A DNA stretch of 64,000 nucleotides from Harriotta raleighana. Lineage: Eukaryota. The notes beneath the pieces are model-generated. The model was given only the letters and a program-made list of their open reading frames with translations. It was not told the DNA's origin and made no database searches. Positions 52,446 through 64,000 of the stretch are shown here, piece by piece (the stretch's first letter is position 1; each line of letters opens with the position of its first letter). A program made the position numbers and the translations under genes. The DNA is taken from contig JBNZDD010013727.1 in the NCBI GenBank assembly GCA_050575255.1, forward strand, positions 312,298-376,297. The letters run 5' to 3'.

Positions 52446-55331
52446 CTAACGGGGATAGGGTAGGGATGGACAGAGACAGAAAAGCATAGATCAATGCAAG
52501 CTAAATCAGTGAAAAGAATTTGCTGTGAACACTAAGCTAATGAACACAAACACATGTATTATGGCACAATGACAAATTAATAATTTCTCATCCTTAATCC
52601 CCTATTTAATTAGGTTCCTTTTTCAATAAAATTAATCTAAATAAATGTGCAGAAAATCGCACGGTTTGACAATCGAGTTAATTTGTTCAATTTATCTCTT
52701 AAAATTCAACAGCAAACAATTGTTTGGACATTTTTCTCAACCAATTAATCTTTTCAGAAGTTGGTAAGACTTGGAAGCAATTTTGTAACAACTCAGTTGC
52801 TCTTGATACTTTCCTGTCACATTTATGATGATTTTTTTGAATTGACCTTTTCTCTACACTGTTTATTTGTTTAATCAGCTGGTTGGTATCTGACACATGC
52901 AGAAACCCGTCACAGTGTTTAAGAGTATCCAAACTACACATATGTATACTATCTACACATAGCAATCTGAAACGAATGCAAACTCTCTCCCCCAGAAGGA
53001 CGCACCGCTGCTTACCTTAATCTGGAGAGTATTAGGTGCAGGCGGGCAGGAATCAAGGCTTGGGGACCCCAGAGTGCGTGTTGGGGTGTTGCTGGAAATT
53101 AATCTGCTAAAACCACAAGTTTTGTACTGCTTGAACAGCCACGACCACCAAACCCATTAGCACTTTGGCTTGTTGGGTTGAGAGGAGCCAAATGGTAAGA
53201 ATTCCTGCCCTAATGCCTGATCTGCCCTCCAAGTCCATCGAACAAGCCAGGCTGGTCGGCCTGTAACCAGCAGTAACATGGAGTATTGCAGATCACCTGC
53301 CCTTGGAATCAAACTAACAAGACCACAGAGAGTTGACTCAATTCCAACTTTCCATTGACCAGCAGTCACTCTAAAGCCACCCCATCTTTAAGGAGATCCT
53401 GCTTACCTACACCCTTTCCTGAGAATAACCACTAGATGGACAAGCACAATTTGAACACTCGATGAGTGAATATTCTCTGACTGCTGGAAAATGTTTACAG
53501 TAACTAAGGTGCAGCAGGAGAAATGCTCACTAGGCTGAACTCTCTAATGCAATCTAATTTACAAAGACTGCAAAGAAATACTCCAAGTTTCTATGTGGTT
53601 TGGAATTGCTTTGAAAAGTACAGCATGTGATGTAATATTGATTGCCAAATTTTGTTCTGTTTTGCTGAATTAATCTGGAAAATGACTGTTGGATAATATG
53701 CTAAACATATTTTAATTGTGTGCTAGGTTTCTAAGCTAAAGGTTATTGAAGAATAATTTTTTTTAAAAACTGAGCAGCAAGCTTAGTCTGCCTATGAAGA
53801 TGAGTAAGTTATTGGGAGAGGAGTAAAGAATACTGGTCTACAGAGGGGAGTGAATGGGTCAAGTGATGGAGAGAAATTGGAAGTGTATAGAAGAAACAGT
53901 GGAGGAGTGATTGGAGAACAATGTGTAAAGGGATATTTGTAGGCTGAAGGGAAATGAGGGCAAGAGAGATTGAAGGGTAACATCAAACCAGGTATGCAGT
54001 TGTGGGATAACCAAAAACGGAGGGTCTCAGTAAGGGTTACTGGTGTATCAGGACAATAGCTAAAGGGAAGTTGAGATGACCTTATACTTACTATCTTTGT
54101 CTCCAATTCTACTCGGCAACCATAATACATGCCCTGTATTGTAGATGTTATCCAGCTCTGGACTGTTTTCAAAATATAGTACTTCATGTTTCGATGAGAG
54201 CTGCAAGGAACCTGAACCCATGCAGACACAGCTGATATGGCTTGGAAAAATACCCTGGACCACAAACCATGCTCCAGAATTTAAGGGATCTATTATAGAC
54301 ACCTGACTTTAGTTCGTAAAGCAATGCGTGAAAGACATAGTAGAAGCAGAAATGTAAAACTGCAGACACAAAGTTCATTAGAATCACAGTGCCCTTGAAT
54401 GAATGCCAAGCTGAAATAAATAGAATTTAAAGGGCAACAGTCTTCATCACCAGAGATGGAACGACATAACGTGACTTCCAACACAAAAATGCATTGTTGT
54501 ACAATTTATGTAATGGTACCAAGTGTTTAGCTAAGGAAAAAGGATTGTGAATTATTGTGTGTTAAGACAGTGACCTTTCAAGGAAGAAATAAGAAAGGGT
54601 GACAAAATACTGCATAAATAGTGCAGCGTTTGAACTGCAGCATGGCAGGAGTAGACAGCATTTATTATGCATGAAATGTAGTTACTTAGTCACTTGTTTT
54701 AGTACATCATTCAATTTGCATGCATACAATGTTTTGATACAATTATTTAGTTAGTTTTTAACCTCTAATTTAAATTTAAAATAACCTTCAATTAAAGTTT
54801 TACATCTGAAATAAAAAGGACGAGAAACTAGCAACTTAAATTTGCAACCTGGGTAAATGAGCTACTTATTATTACAGCTTTTTTTTAAATGAGAAAATTA
54901 GCTCAACAAAACAAGACAATAGCATTTTATGATAGTGCACTTAATCAGGGTACAAGACATTTTTTGTAAATGCTGTGAGGTCAAAGTTCTTGATAATTTT
55001 GCACCATACTCATGATTTGCTATTATTCAGATATTTTTGAAAGCAAATGTACAGCAGATAAAACATCAAATGGGTACTGAAAATTATACAATAAAGTGTA
55101 ACCTATATTACGCCCATATATATTCAGAACTATGGCTTACTTCAGTTGCCAAGGATAATTTTTGTTGTACAATTATTTAGAAAAGGTAAAAAGCAGGAAT
55201 TCTTTTCAACACATCCAAACGTGTTTGAATCAATTTGGATCTTAGCAAGAGTCAAGGATCCTGTTGTAAGAACAGCATTTTTATCATATCAATTTGGCTT
55301 GTTGACTACAAATAGCACATTGCAGAGACTT

Positions 55332-57200
55332 CATAGAATCATCGAATTATATGGCACAAAAGGAGGCCATTTGGCCAATCTAGTCTGTGCCGGCTCTTTG
55401 ATCAGAGCAACTCAATCCCACTGCCCAGCTTTTTCCCGATAACCTAACAGACTTGCTCTTCCTAAATAAAGATCTAGTTCCCTTTTAAAAGCTGTTATGG
55501 AATCTGCCTCCACCACCTTTTCAGGCAATACATTCCAGATTCGAACAACCCGCTGAGTGAAAACATTTCTCCTCAGCTCCACTCTGCTTTATTTTGAAAC
55601 TATTTTAAATATGTGACCAAGAGTCACTGATTCGCCCACCAGTGGAAACAGTCTTTTCTTATTCAGCCTGTCGAAACCTTTCATAATCTTAGAAACTTCT
55701 ATTAGGTCTCCTCTCAATCTTCTTTGTTCTAGAGAGAATAAACCTAGCCTATCTAGCCTTTCCTCATAGCTGAAGTCCCTCATTCCTGGTACCAACCTAG
55801 TAAATCTTCCCTGCAATGCTTTAATATCATTTCTAAAGTGTGGTGACCAGAATTGTACACAGTACTCCAGCTGAAGCCTAACCAAAGTCTTATAGAGGTT
55901 AATCAGCACTTCCTGACTTTTGTATTCTATACTCCTATTTACAAAAGCCTAGAATCCCATATGCCTTCTTAACGGCTTTGTCTACCTGTCCTGCCACCTT
56001 CAAAGAGTCACTAACACAAATCCCCAGGTCTCTCTGTTCCTTCACACCCCTTAAAATTGTACTATCTAACCTATATTGCCTCCCCTCATTTCTTCTCCCA
56101 AAGTGTATCACCTCACATTTCTCTGTATTAAACTTCATCTGCCATGTGTCTGCCCATTTTACCATTTTATCTATATCCTCTTGCAGATGGCTACTATCCT
56201 CCTCACTATTTACTATTCTCCCTAACTTAGTATCATCTGCAAATTTGGAAACCGTTCTCCCTAAACCCAAATCCAAATCATTAATGTATATTAAAAAGAG
56301 CAGTGGTCACAAAATTGATCCCTGGGAGACGCCACTGCACACTTACCTCCAGTCTGAAAAGCTCACCACAACTCTCTGCTTTCTGTCTCGCAGCCAGTTG
56401 TGGATCCACGCTACCACTGTCCCTTCAACACCGTAGGCCTCTATTTTCCTAATAAGCCTCTCATGTGGCGCTTTGTTAAATGCCTTTTAAAGGTCCATGT
56501 AAACTACATCAACTGTGCTGTCCTCGTCCACCCATTCTGTTACATCGTTGAAAAATTCTGTCAGATTTGTAAGGAAAGATTTTCCTTTAACAAATCCATG
56601 CTGGCTGTCCTTTATTAGCCTATATTTTTCTAAGTAAAGATCTATCTTGTCCCTGATTATAGACTCTAGAAGTTTGCCCACTACTGACTGGCCTGTAGTT
56701 TCCAGGTTTGTCTTTTTGCCTCTTTTTGTACAGGGGAGTAACATTAGCAATCCTCCAGTCCTCTAATACCACCCCTGTGTCCAAGGAAGATTGATAGATT
56801 GTGGCCAGAATCTCTGCTATTTGCTCCTGTACTTCCCTTAGTAACCTAGGATGCAATCCATCTGGACTGGGCGACTTATCTACCTTGAGCGCCATCAACC
56901 TTTTTAGTACTTCCTCTCTGGTTATGCTTATCTTATCCATTTCTACTACACTCTCCTCCAAATCTGTGACATTGGCTGCATCTTCTTCTCTTGTGAAGTC
57001 AGATGCAAAGTAGTCATTCAGTACATCAGCCATGCATGCCCTCTGCCTCCACAATAAGATTTCCTCTTTGGTCCCTTATTGGGCTCACCCTACCATTGAT
57101 CAATCTTCTACCCTTAATATGTTTGTAAAATACCTTAGGATTCCCTTTAATGTTACCTGCTAATTGTTTCTCATGCATTCTTTTTGCCCCTCTAACTTTT
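55332..57200 (-). mobile_element. CR1 LINE, 5'-truncated, disrupted ORF2 (RT)
   Basis: SPSPDGLHPRLL, DWRIANVTPLYKK, SQHGFVKGKS, KFADDTKL, LEYCVQFWSP motifs over several frames; CR1 tail at 55332. Confidence 0.95.
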
Positions 57201-57830
57201 TAAGTTTGTCAACGATGGACAACTTGTTTATCTGGGATTTATGGTTTATAATGCACTAAAAGAAACTTACAGGATGACATTACAAGTACAGAAGTCAGGT
57301 AAAATCTCCACCTTACTGATCTGGAAAACATAATTTTCTTGTCTGACCCAACATAAAATACTCCTTTAAAGATTAACAATGGCGAGAACAATAGAATACA
57401 AAGAGTAAAAGCAGATTTATAAAACAGTGAGGCTAAATAAATTATTCAAGAGTGTCTAAACTACATTGCGATGTTGAGGTTTTCCTCAAGAGATGAGGAT
57501 TGCAGCATTAACCTGTGCTACTTGATCTTTGTGCATACATAGATTTTCCCATATTAGAGTTTTCTCTTTTCCTTTTCTTCTACTTCTCCCCCCACCCACA
57601 TCCAGAAAACAGAATTCTCCAAAGAAGTTGGGAAAAGAGTTCTCTAAGCATCAGGACTCTACAGTTCACTAATCTCTGTTGACACAGAAAAAAAAGAAAA
57701 ATGTACCAATTACCGATTGGTAATCGGAGTATTCAGTTGCCTGAATTAGTGACCGATATTTATTTAATTGTGAGACTGTCACCTATGAAAGACTCAAGCA
57801 ATTTGAATTTATGGGAGCAATGGTTCAAAA

Positions 57831-58113
57831 NNNNNNNNNNNNNNNNNNNNNNNNNNNNNNNNNNNNNNNNNNNNNNNNNNNNNNNNNNNNNNNNNNNNNN
57901 NNNNNNNNNNNNNNNNNNNNNNNNNNNNNNNNNNNNNNNNNNNNNNNNNNNNNNNNNNNNNNNNNNNNNNNNNNNNNNNNNNNNNNNNNNNNNNNNNNNN
58001 NNNNNNNNNNNNNNNNNNNNNNNNNNNNNNNNNNNNNNNNNNNNNNNNNNNNNNNNNNNNNNNNNNNNNNNNNNNNNNNNNNNNNNNNNNNNNNNNNNNN
58101 NNNNNNNNNNNNN
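57831..58113. other. Assembly gap (283 N)
   Basis: N run. Confidence 0.99.
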
Positions 58114-60010
58114 CCCTATTTATAAAGCCTAGTATCCCATATGCCTTCTTAACGGCTTTGTCTACCTGTCCTGCCACCTTCAAAGAGTCACTAACACAAA
58201 TCCCCAGGTCTCTCTGTTCCTTCACACCCCTTAAAATTGTACTATCTAGCCTATATTGCCTCCCCTCATTTCTTCTCCCAAAGTGTATCACCTCACACTT
58301 CTCTGTATTAAACTTCATCTGCCATGTGTCTGCCCACTTTACCATTTTATCTATATCCTCTTGCAGATGGCTACTATCCTCCTCACTATTTACTATTCTC
58401 CCTAACTTAGTATCATCTGCAAATTTGGAAACCGTACTCCCTAAACCCAAATCCAAATCATTAATGTATATTAAAAAGAGCAGTGGTCCCAAAACTGATC
58501 CCTGGGGGACGCCACTGCACACTTCCCTCCAGTCTGAAAAGCTCACCACAACTCTCTGCTTTCTGTCTCGCAGCCAGTTGTGGATCCACGCTACCACTGT
58601 CCCTTCAACACCGTAGGCCTCTATTTTCCTAATAAGCCTCTCATGTGGCGCTTTGTTAAATGCCTTTTAAAGGTCCATGTAAACTACATCAACTGTGCTG
58701 TCCTCGTCCACCCATTCTGTTACATCGTTGAAAAATTCTGTCAGATTTGTAAGGAAAGATTTTCCTTTAACAAATCCATGCTGGCTGTCCTTTATTAGCC
58801 TATATTTTTCTAAGTAAAGATCTATCTTGTCCCTGATTATAGACTCTAGAAGTTTGCCCACTACTGACTGGCCTGTAGTTTCCAGGTTTGTCTTTTTGCC
58901 TCTTTTTGTACAGGGGAGTAACATTAGCAATCCTCCAGTCCTCTAATACCACCCCTGTGTCCAAGGAAGATTGATAGATTGTGGCCAGAATCTCTGCTAT
59001 TTGCTCCTGTACTTCCCTTAGTAACCTAGGATGCAATCCATCTGGACTGGGCGACTTATCTACCTTGAGCGCCATCAACCTTTTTAGTACTTCCTCTCTG
59101 GTTATGCTTATCTTATCCATTTCTACTACACTCTCCTCCAAATCTGTGACATTGGCTGCATCTTCTTCTCTTGTGAAGTCAGATGCAAAGTAGTCATTCA
59201 GTACATCAGCCATGCATGCCCTCTGCCTCCACAATAAGATTTCCTCTTTGGTCCCTTATTGGGCTCACCCTACCATTGATCAATCTTCTACCCTTAATAT
59301 GTTTGTAAAATACCTTAGGATTCCCTTTAATGTTACCTGCTAATTGTTTCTCATGCATTCTTTTTGCCCCTCTAACTTTTTAAGTTTGTCAACGATGGAC
59401 AACTTGTTTATCTGGGATTTATGGTTTATAATGCACTAAAAGAAACTTACAGGATGACATTACAAGTACAGAAGTCAGGTAAAATCTCCACCTTACTGAT
59501 CTGGAAAACATAATTTTCTTGTCTGACCCAACATAAAATACTCCTTTAAAGATTAACAATGGCGAGAACAATAGAATACAAAGAGTAAAAGCAGATTTAT
59601 AAAACAGTGAGGCTAAATAAATTATTCAAGAGTGTCTAAACTACATTGCGATGTTGAGGTTTTCCTCAAGAGATGAGGATTGCAGCATTAACCTGTGCTA
59701 CTTGATCTTTGTGCATACATAGATTTTCCCATATTAGAGTTTTCTCTTTTCCTTTTCTTCTACTTCTCCCCCCACCCACATCCAGAAAACAGAATTCTCC
59801 AAAGAAGTTGGGAAAAGAGTTCTCTAAGCATCAGGACTCTACAGTTCACTAATCTCTGTTGACACAGAAAAAAAAGAAAAATGTACCAATTACCGATTGG
59901 TAATCGGAGTATTCAGTTGCCTGAATTAGTGACCGATATTTATTTAATTGTGAGACTGTCACCTATGAAAGACTCAAGCAATTTGAATTTATGGGAGCAA
60001 TGGTTCAAAA
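58114..60010. repeat. Direct duplicate of 55934-57830 (CR1 part plus unique flank)
   Basis: Constant 2180-bp offset with identical ORFs; the copies abut the gap on both sides. Confidence 0.95.
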
Positions 60011-60083
60011 TCAATTCAGATAAAGATCATACCCAACTAAAGCCATTTAACCCTAAAGGGTACCTGGATGGTTTGCACAAGTA

Positions 60084-60856
60084 CAGTAGAACCCCGTTTA
60101 TCCAGCACCCATGGGACCTGGCCAGTGGTGGTTAAACCGTTTTTCCAGTTGAATGGATTTATAAATAAAAATAAATAAATATATATTTTTTTTAATTAAA
60201 AATTATTTTAACACAAACCATATTAACAATGGAATAAATAATAACAGAATATTCTATTAGTACATTATTATTTATACATAACTTCACAATTGCAGCACTG
60301 ATTCGACAGGAGGTAAACAACGCAACTTTAAAAAGCAACGAGTTTAGAACTAACGGCCAGCACACACACACAGACACAGATAGAGACATACACACAGACA
60401 GACACAGAATATCAAAGATATTCAGTCTGAATCCATCATATAAATTCTGTCCACAATCCTCACCTGCTGCTCCCCGTCCCTTTCCTCTCTCTCTCTGCAT
60501 CAACCTGCCTGCCAGTTCTCTCTCTTTCACTCCATTATGCTTTTCGCTATCTCTCTCTCCCTTTTTCCCCCTCTCATTCGCCCCCACTCTCTCTTTCTCT
60601 CCATTCCCCCCCCCCACTCCCTCGCTCTCTCTCTGGCCTCTACCTGCAGCAGTGTTTATTATGTATACAGTACTTAACTTCCCAACGACAGGCACATCTG
60701 AACAAGGGAAAAAAATGCGACTTTTAAAAGGACCCGGAACGAGTTTAGACCCGACATTAAACGCGTCTCCGGATAACTTCCGGTTAATCGGATCGGGACT
60801 TTTTTTTTTGAGATGGTGGTTGAACGGGTTTTCCGATTATTCGAGTCACGGATAAA
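60084..60856 (-). mobile_element. Tigger-like MITE with internal CA/CT microsatellites
   Basis: TA|CAGTAGAACCCCGTTTATCC; reverse orientation of the 61330 and 15351 family; far end eroded. Confidence 0.75.
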
Positions 60857-61168
60857 GAAAGGGTGTACAAGAAAGGGTGCTGCCCAACAAAAAAACACAA
60901 GCCAACATCTCTGTAATGCTGATATCAATGGTGCCTGTTACGAGACTCTCCCATCCTATGCACCAGTCAGTTTTAAGGTAGTTTAAGGTGGAATTGATCT
61001 CTCCGACAATGCAGATGTAGTAGAATGATCAATATCAAGTTCTCAAAAAGATGCAGATTGCTAACAGACAAAGATGCCATCTGGACTATAGAATAGTTGG
61101 TTCCCTTCGTGATGCAAGTCATCTGTCTAATTAGCCTGGCGTTAAGCCATCACGGTGTGACTGCAATA

Positions 61169-62008
61169 CAGGTTTTCCTCGCGTAACATCATAGTTTGGT
61201 TCTTGAAAAGTGCAACTTTAAGCAAAACGACATTAAACAAACACATTTTTCCCATAAGAATTAATGAATAAACTGGGAGTTAGGTTCTTTTGGACATTTT
61301 TCTAAATTTTCTAAAAGAAAACCATTATACAGGAAAAGCCTGTTTATTCGTGACTCGATGAACCAGAACTTCTATATAATCGGCACGTCAAAAAAAGTCC
61401 CCATCCGATTAACTGGAAGTTATCCGGCAGAATAGCGGTGGCGTATTTAATGAATCGATTGCCGCTTAAAGTCGCTTTGCCGTTTTTTTTCCTTCTGTGA
61501 CGGCCGCCATTGCAGAAATTAAGTATAAATAATAAAGTACTAATACAATATTCTGTTATTACAGTATCTGTTATTAGTGTATTTAGTCTATTATTTATAT
61601 GGTACAGTGTACAACATTTACAATAAAGTACCCATACAATATTCTGTTATTATTTAGTCTATTATTAATATGGTATGTGTTAAAATAAGTTAATTTTTTT
61701 GGTTGCGTTTTCGGCGTCGGATCCGACTGTTTAACCAACAAGCTGTTGAATCGGCAATGGCCAGGTCCTGCGAGCGGTGGATAAACGGGCTTTTACTGTA
61801 CTTGTTCCCTGACTGCCTGCTAACTCAATCGCTGCCCGTCTCACTCACTGCCGACTGGTTGGTCTCACTCGCCAATCTGCCTCGATCTCTTGCTCTCGGC
61901 CTGGCTCACTACCAACCTGCCCGTCCCTCTCTTGATATGTTCCCTATTTATCAGCAACGTAATAATGAAAGAATGTCAACCGAAGCAACGTTAAGCGGGG
62001 TTTACCTG
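61169..62008 (-). mobile_element. Tigger-like MITE (30578 family) hosting a nested MITE
   Basis: TA|CAGGTTTTCCTCGCGTAAC ... GTTAAGCGGGGTTTACCTG; reverse complement of the 30578 element. Confidence 0.78.
61330..61798 (+). mobile_element. Nested Tigger-like MITE, complete with TA TSD
   Basis: TA|CAGGAAAAGCCTGTTTATTC ... GGATAAACGGGCTTTTACTG|TA. Confidence 0.85.
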
Positions 62009-62014
62009 AATTTA

Positions 62015-62172
62015 CAAAACATAAAATACTGCAGATGCTGGGAATCTGAAAAAAACACAGAAGTTGTTGGGGAAACTCAGCAAGTCATGCAGCATCCATG
62101 GAGAAATTTTCCTTTCTCCATGGATGCTGCCTGACTTGCTGAGTTTCCCCCAGTAACTTCTGTGTTTATTTT
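62015..62172. repeat. Palindromic repeat element (probably Penelope-like retroelement derived)
   Basis: Arms 62053-62106 and 62113-62167 are near-perfect reverse complements. The gatgctgcctgacttgctgagtt motif is recalled from chondrichthyan palindromic repeats. Confidence 0.75.
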
Positions 62173-63899
62173 TACCTATATTTAGTTTGCTTGCATGCTT
62201 CACAAGAGAACCGGGACTCTTGCCCTTCAAAATCAAAGGCTGAGCTAACCAGGGATGTGGAAGAGTGATTTACAAATTAAGTTCAAGAAGCCCACAAAAG
62301 ACAATGAAGGAGAAATGTAACTTGCCTATGCTAGTTATGTCCTTGGCAGAAGAACATGGAAGGCGCGTCTCAGAACTAGCAACAATTACCAGTCAACAAG
62401 AGCTGATCACTGACAGTAACAAAAAAATCTTAAAAGCAACGTTGCTCTTTACAAATTTCCCCTGTATTAATCTGTGACAATGGAAGATACCGCAATGAAG
62501 ATATATAATTACGACACGATTGCTAGATACAATAAAAAAAGTTAACATTTTGGATGTTAATGCCAACAGGGTTCTCAATAAAATGCAATTTTCTGGACAT
62601 GCATTGATGCAATACAATTACAAGAAAAACAGATTGCAGAAGCTACTTCAATAAAAAACATTAGAGAGCTCCAGATTAAAAAATAGACCCTTCAGCCTAT
62701 TTGATCTCAGCATTTCTGAGCATCAACAACTACTGTCTTCCAATTGCAATATCCCCATTTCTTAAATGAGACCTTAGCTTGAAGATAATGTCTTCAAAAC
62801 AAACCATATTGTGGTCCCAGGTGCATTGTATTCATCTAAGTCAATAAAGTTGACATTTACAATAATGCTTAAAGCTTAGATGAACATATTGCTAGAAATC
62901 TTTGAAATATTAATCTGCTGTAAAAGCAAAGTTCATCTGATATACATTTCAAATATGCAATAAATATAAAAGTAACATTACATTCAAAACATTTACAGGA
63001 GAGTAAAATTTTCATTTAATTAAAAAATAGCAAGTGCATTAAATCAAAAATGCTGACTAAAATATGTAATGTCAAGCTACTCGTCCAATCCATAAAGGGC
63101 TGGAAAGTTACTTGTGCAATTCTGGACGTTTCCAAACACTTTCATGGCATAATACAGCACGGAAACAGGCCATTCTGCATAACTAATCACTGTGGTGTCC
63201 GTACTGCACAAGTCACTACTCTTTCTGTACCTTCTTTGTAAGTTTAAGATACCAAACTTGCTGGAGTACAGTTCCATTGTTACCCGAAGCCCGCTGGCAA
63301 CTCGTTCAAGTGCCCTGTGAGCATAGATAAATGGGCTGAAATTGCAATCAACATTAGCAGCTTTAGCAATGTCAACTACTAATGTGATTTCCCTTATTCT
63401 TCATGTGCAGTGTCAAAGGCACTGTGCATACCAAGTCCAGCATTTCAGACCAAATAAACGTTAGTAGACTATTCAACCAAGAAAAGCATTAAAGATGAGC
63501 CTGATTCAATTCTCACCCAATGTACATATTTCTGAATTTATGAAATGTACATATTTCCAACGAATTGCAGAATAGTGGACTGAACAGATTTTACATGACT
63601 AAATCCTGGGATACAGCTTCTGTACTGAAGTGCTGTCTCCTCAGATCAATCAATTAGCGGAGTCAAGAATCTGCAACATTCTACCGAACAGACTGATTTC
63701 ATGATCCTCACACTTGTGTTCAAATCAAGGAAAGGTCGGTGAAGCATTTACAGCTATTTACATTCATCACTGTTTGCATTAGAATAAAAAATGAGTTAGC
63801 CAATTATGACTCAGCTGGCAAAAAAATGAATTGATTTGTATTAACTTTGTATTTTTATTATGCTGTGTTTTCGCTTGTTTAATCAGCTATATATATCTG

Positions 63900-64000
63900 G
63901 TGCCAGTGCTGGTTAAACGGCTTTCCGGTTGAACGGTTTCTACATTTAAAAAAAATGTAATTCAAAACTATTTTAACACATACCATATTAATAATAGACT
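63900..64000 (-). mobile_element. Fragment of the 60084/61330 MITE family
   Basis: Matches 60121-60235. Confidence 0.7.

Noticed and set aside
52446-52494. N-terminal MIYAFLSLSIPTLSPL of the 215-aa ORF as a signal peptide of a single-exon gene
   Set aside because: It is the intronic polypyrimidine tract before the acceptor.
55589-59234. Reverse-transcriptase ORFs as a functional gene or novel RT system
   Set aside because: Ordinary frameshifted, 5'-truncated CR1; the second copy is probably an assembly duplicate.

Overview
Vertebrate genomic DNA, most likely a cartilaginous fish (shark/chimaera-type DeuSINE, L2, CR1 and palindromic repeats; the taxon is inferred). The only host gene I can support is the 3' half of NECTIN3 (PVRL3) on the minus strand. 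It has the alpha-isoform terminal exon (52445-51847, TM plus tail ending EWYV) and, 31-38 kb further downstream, three beta-isoform exons (20309-20171, 19778-19694, 13943-13749, second TM plus tail ending EHYV) with phase-compatible splice sites. The Ig-domain exons were not found and probably lie beyond 64000. The rest is intronic/intergenic and rich in repeats: tRNA-derived Deu-domain SINEs, L2 and CR1 fragments, Tigger-like and hAT MITEs (several nested or in inverted pairs), a non-autonomous Helitron and a long hairpin element. Short duplications around single Ns and a 1.9-kb duplication across an N-gap look like assembly artefacts. I found no evidence of a wholly new biological system. 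The best leads are the dual-tail nectin-3 architecture, the Helitron-N, short locally templated insertions and the SINE/MITE chimeras.
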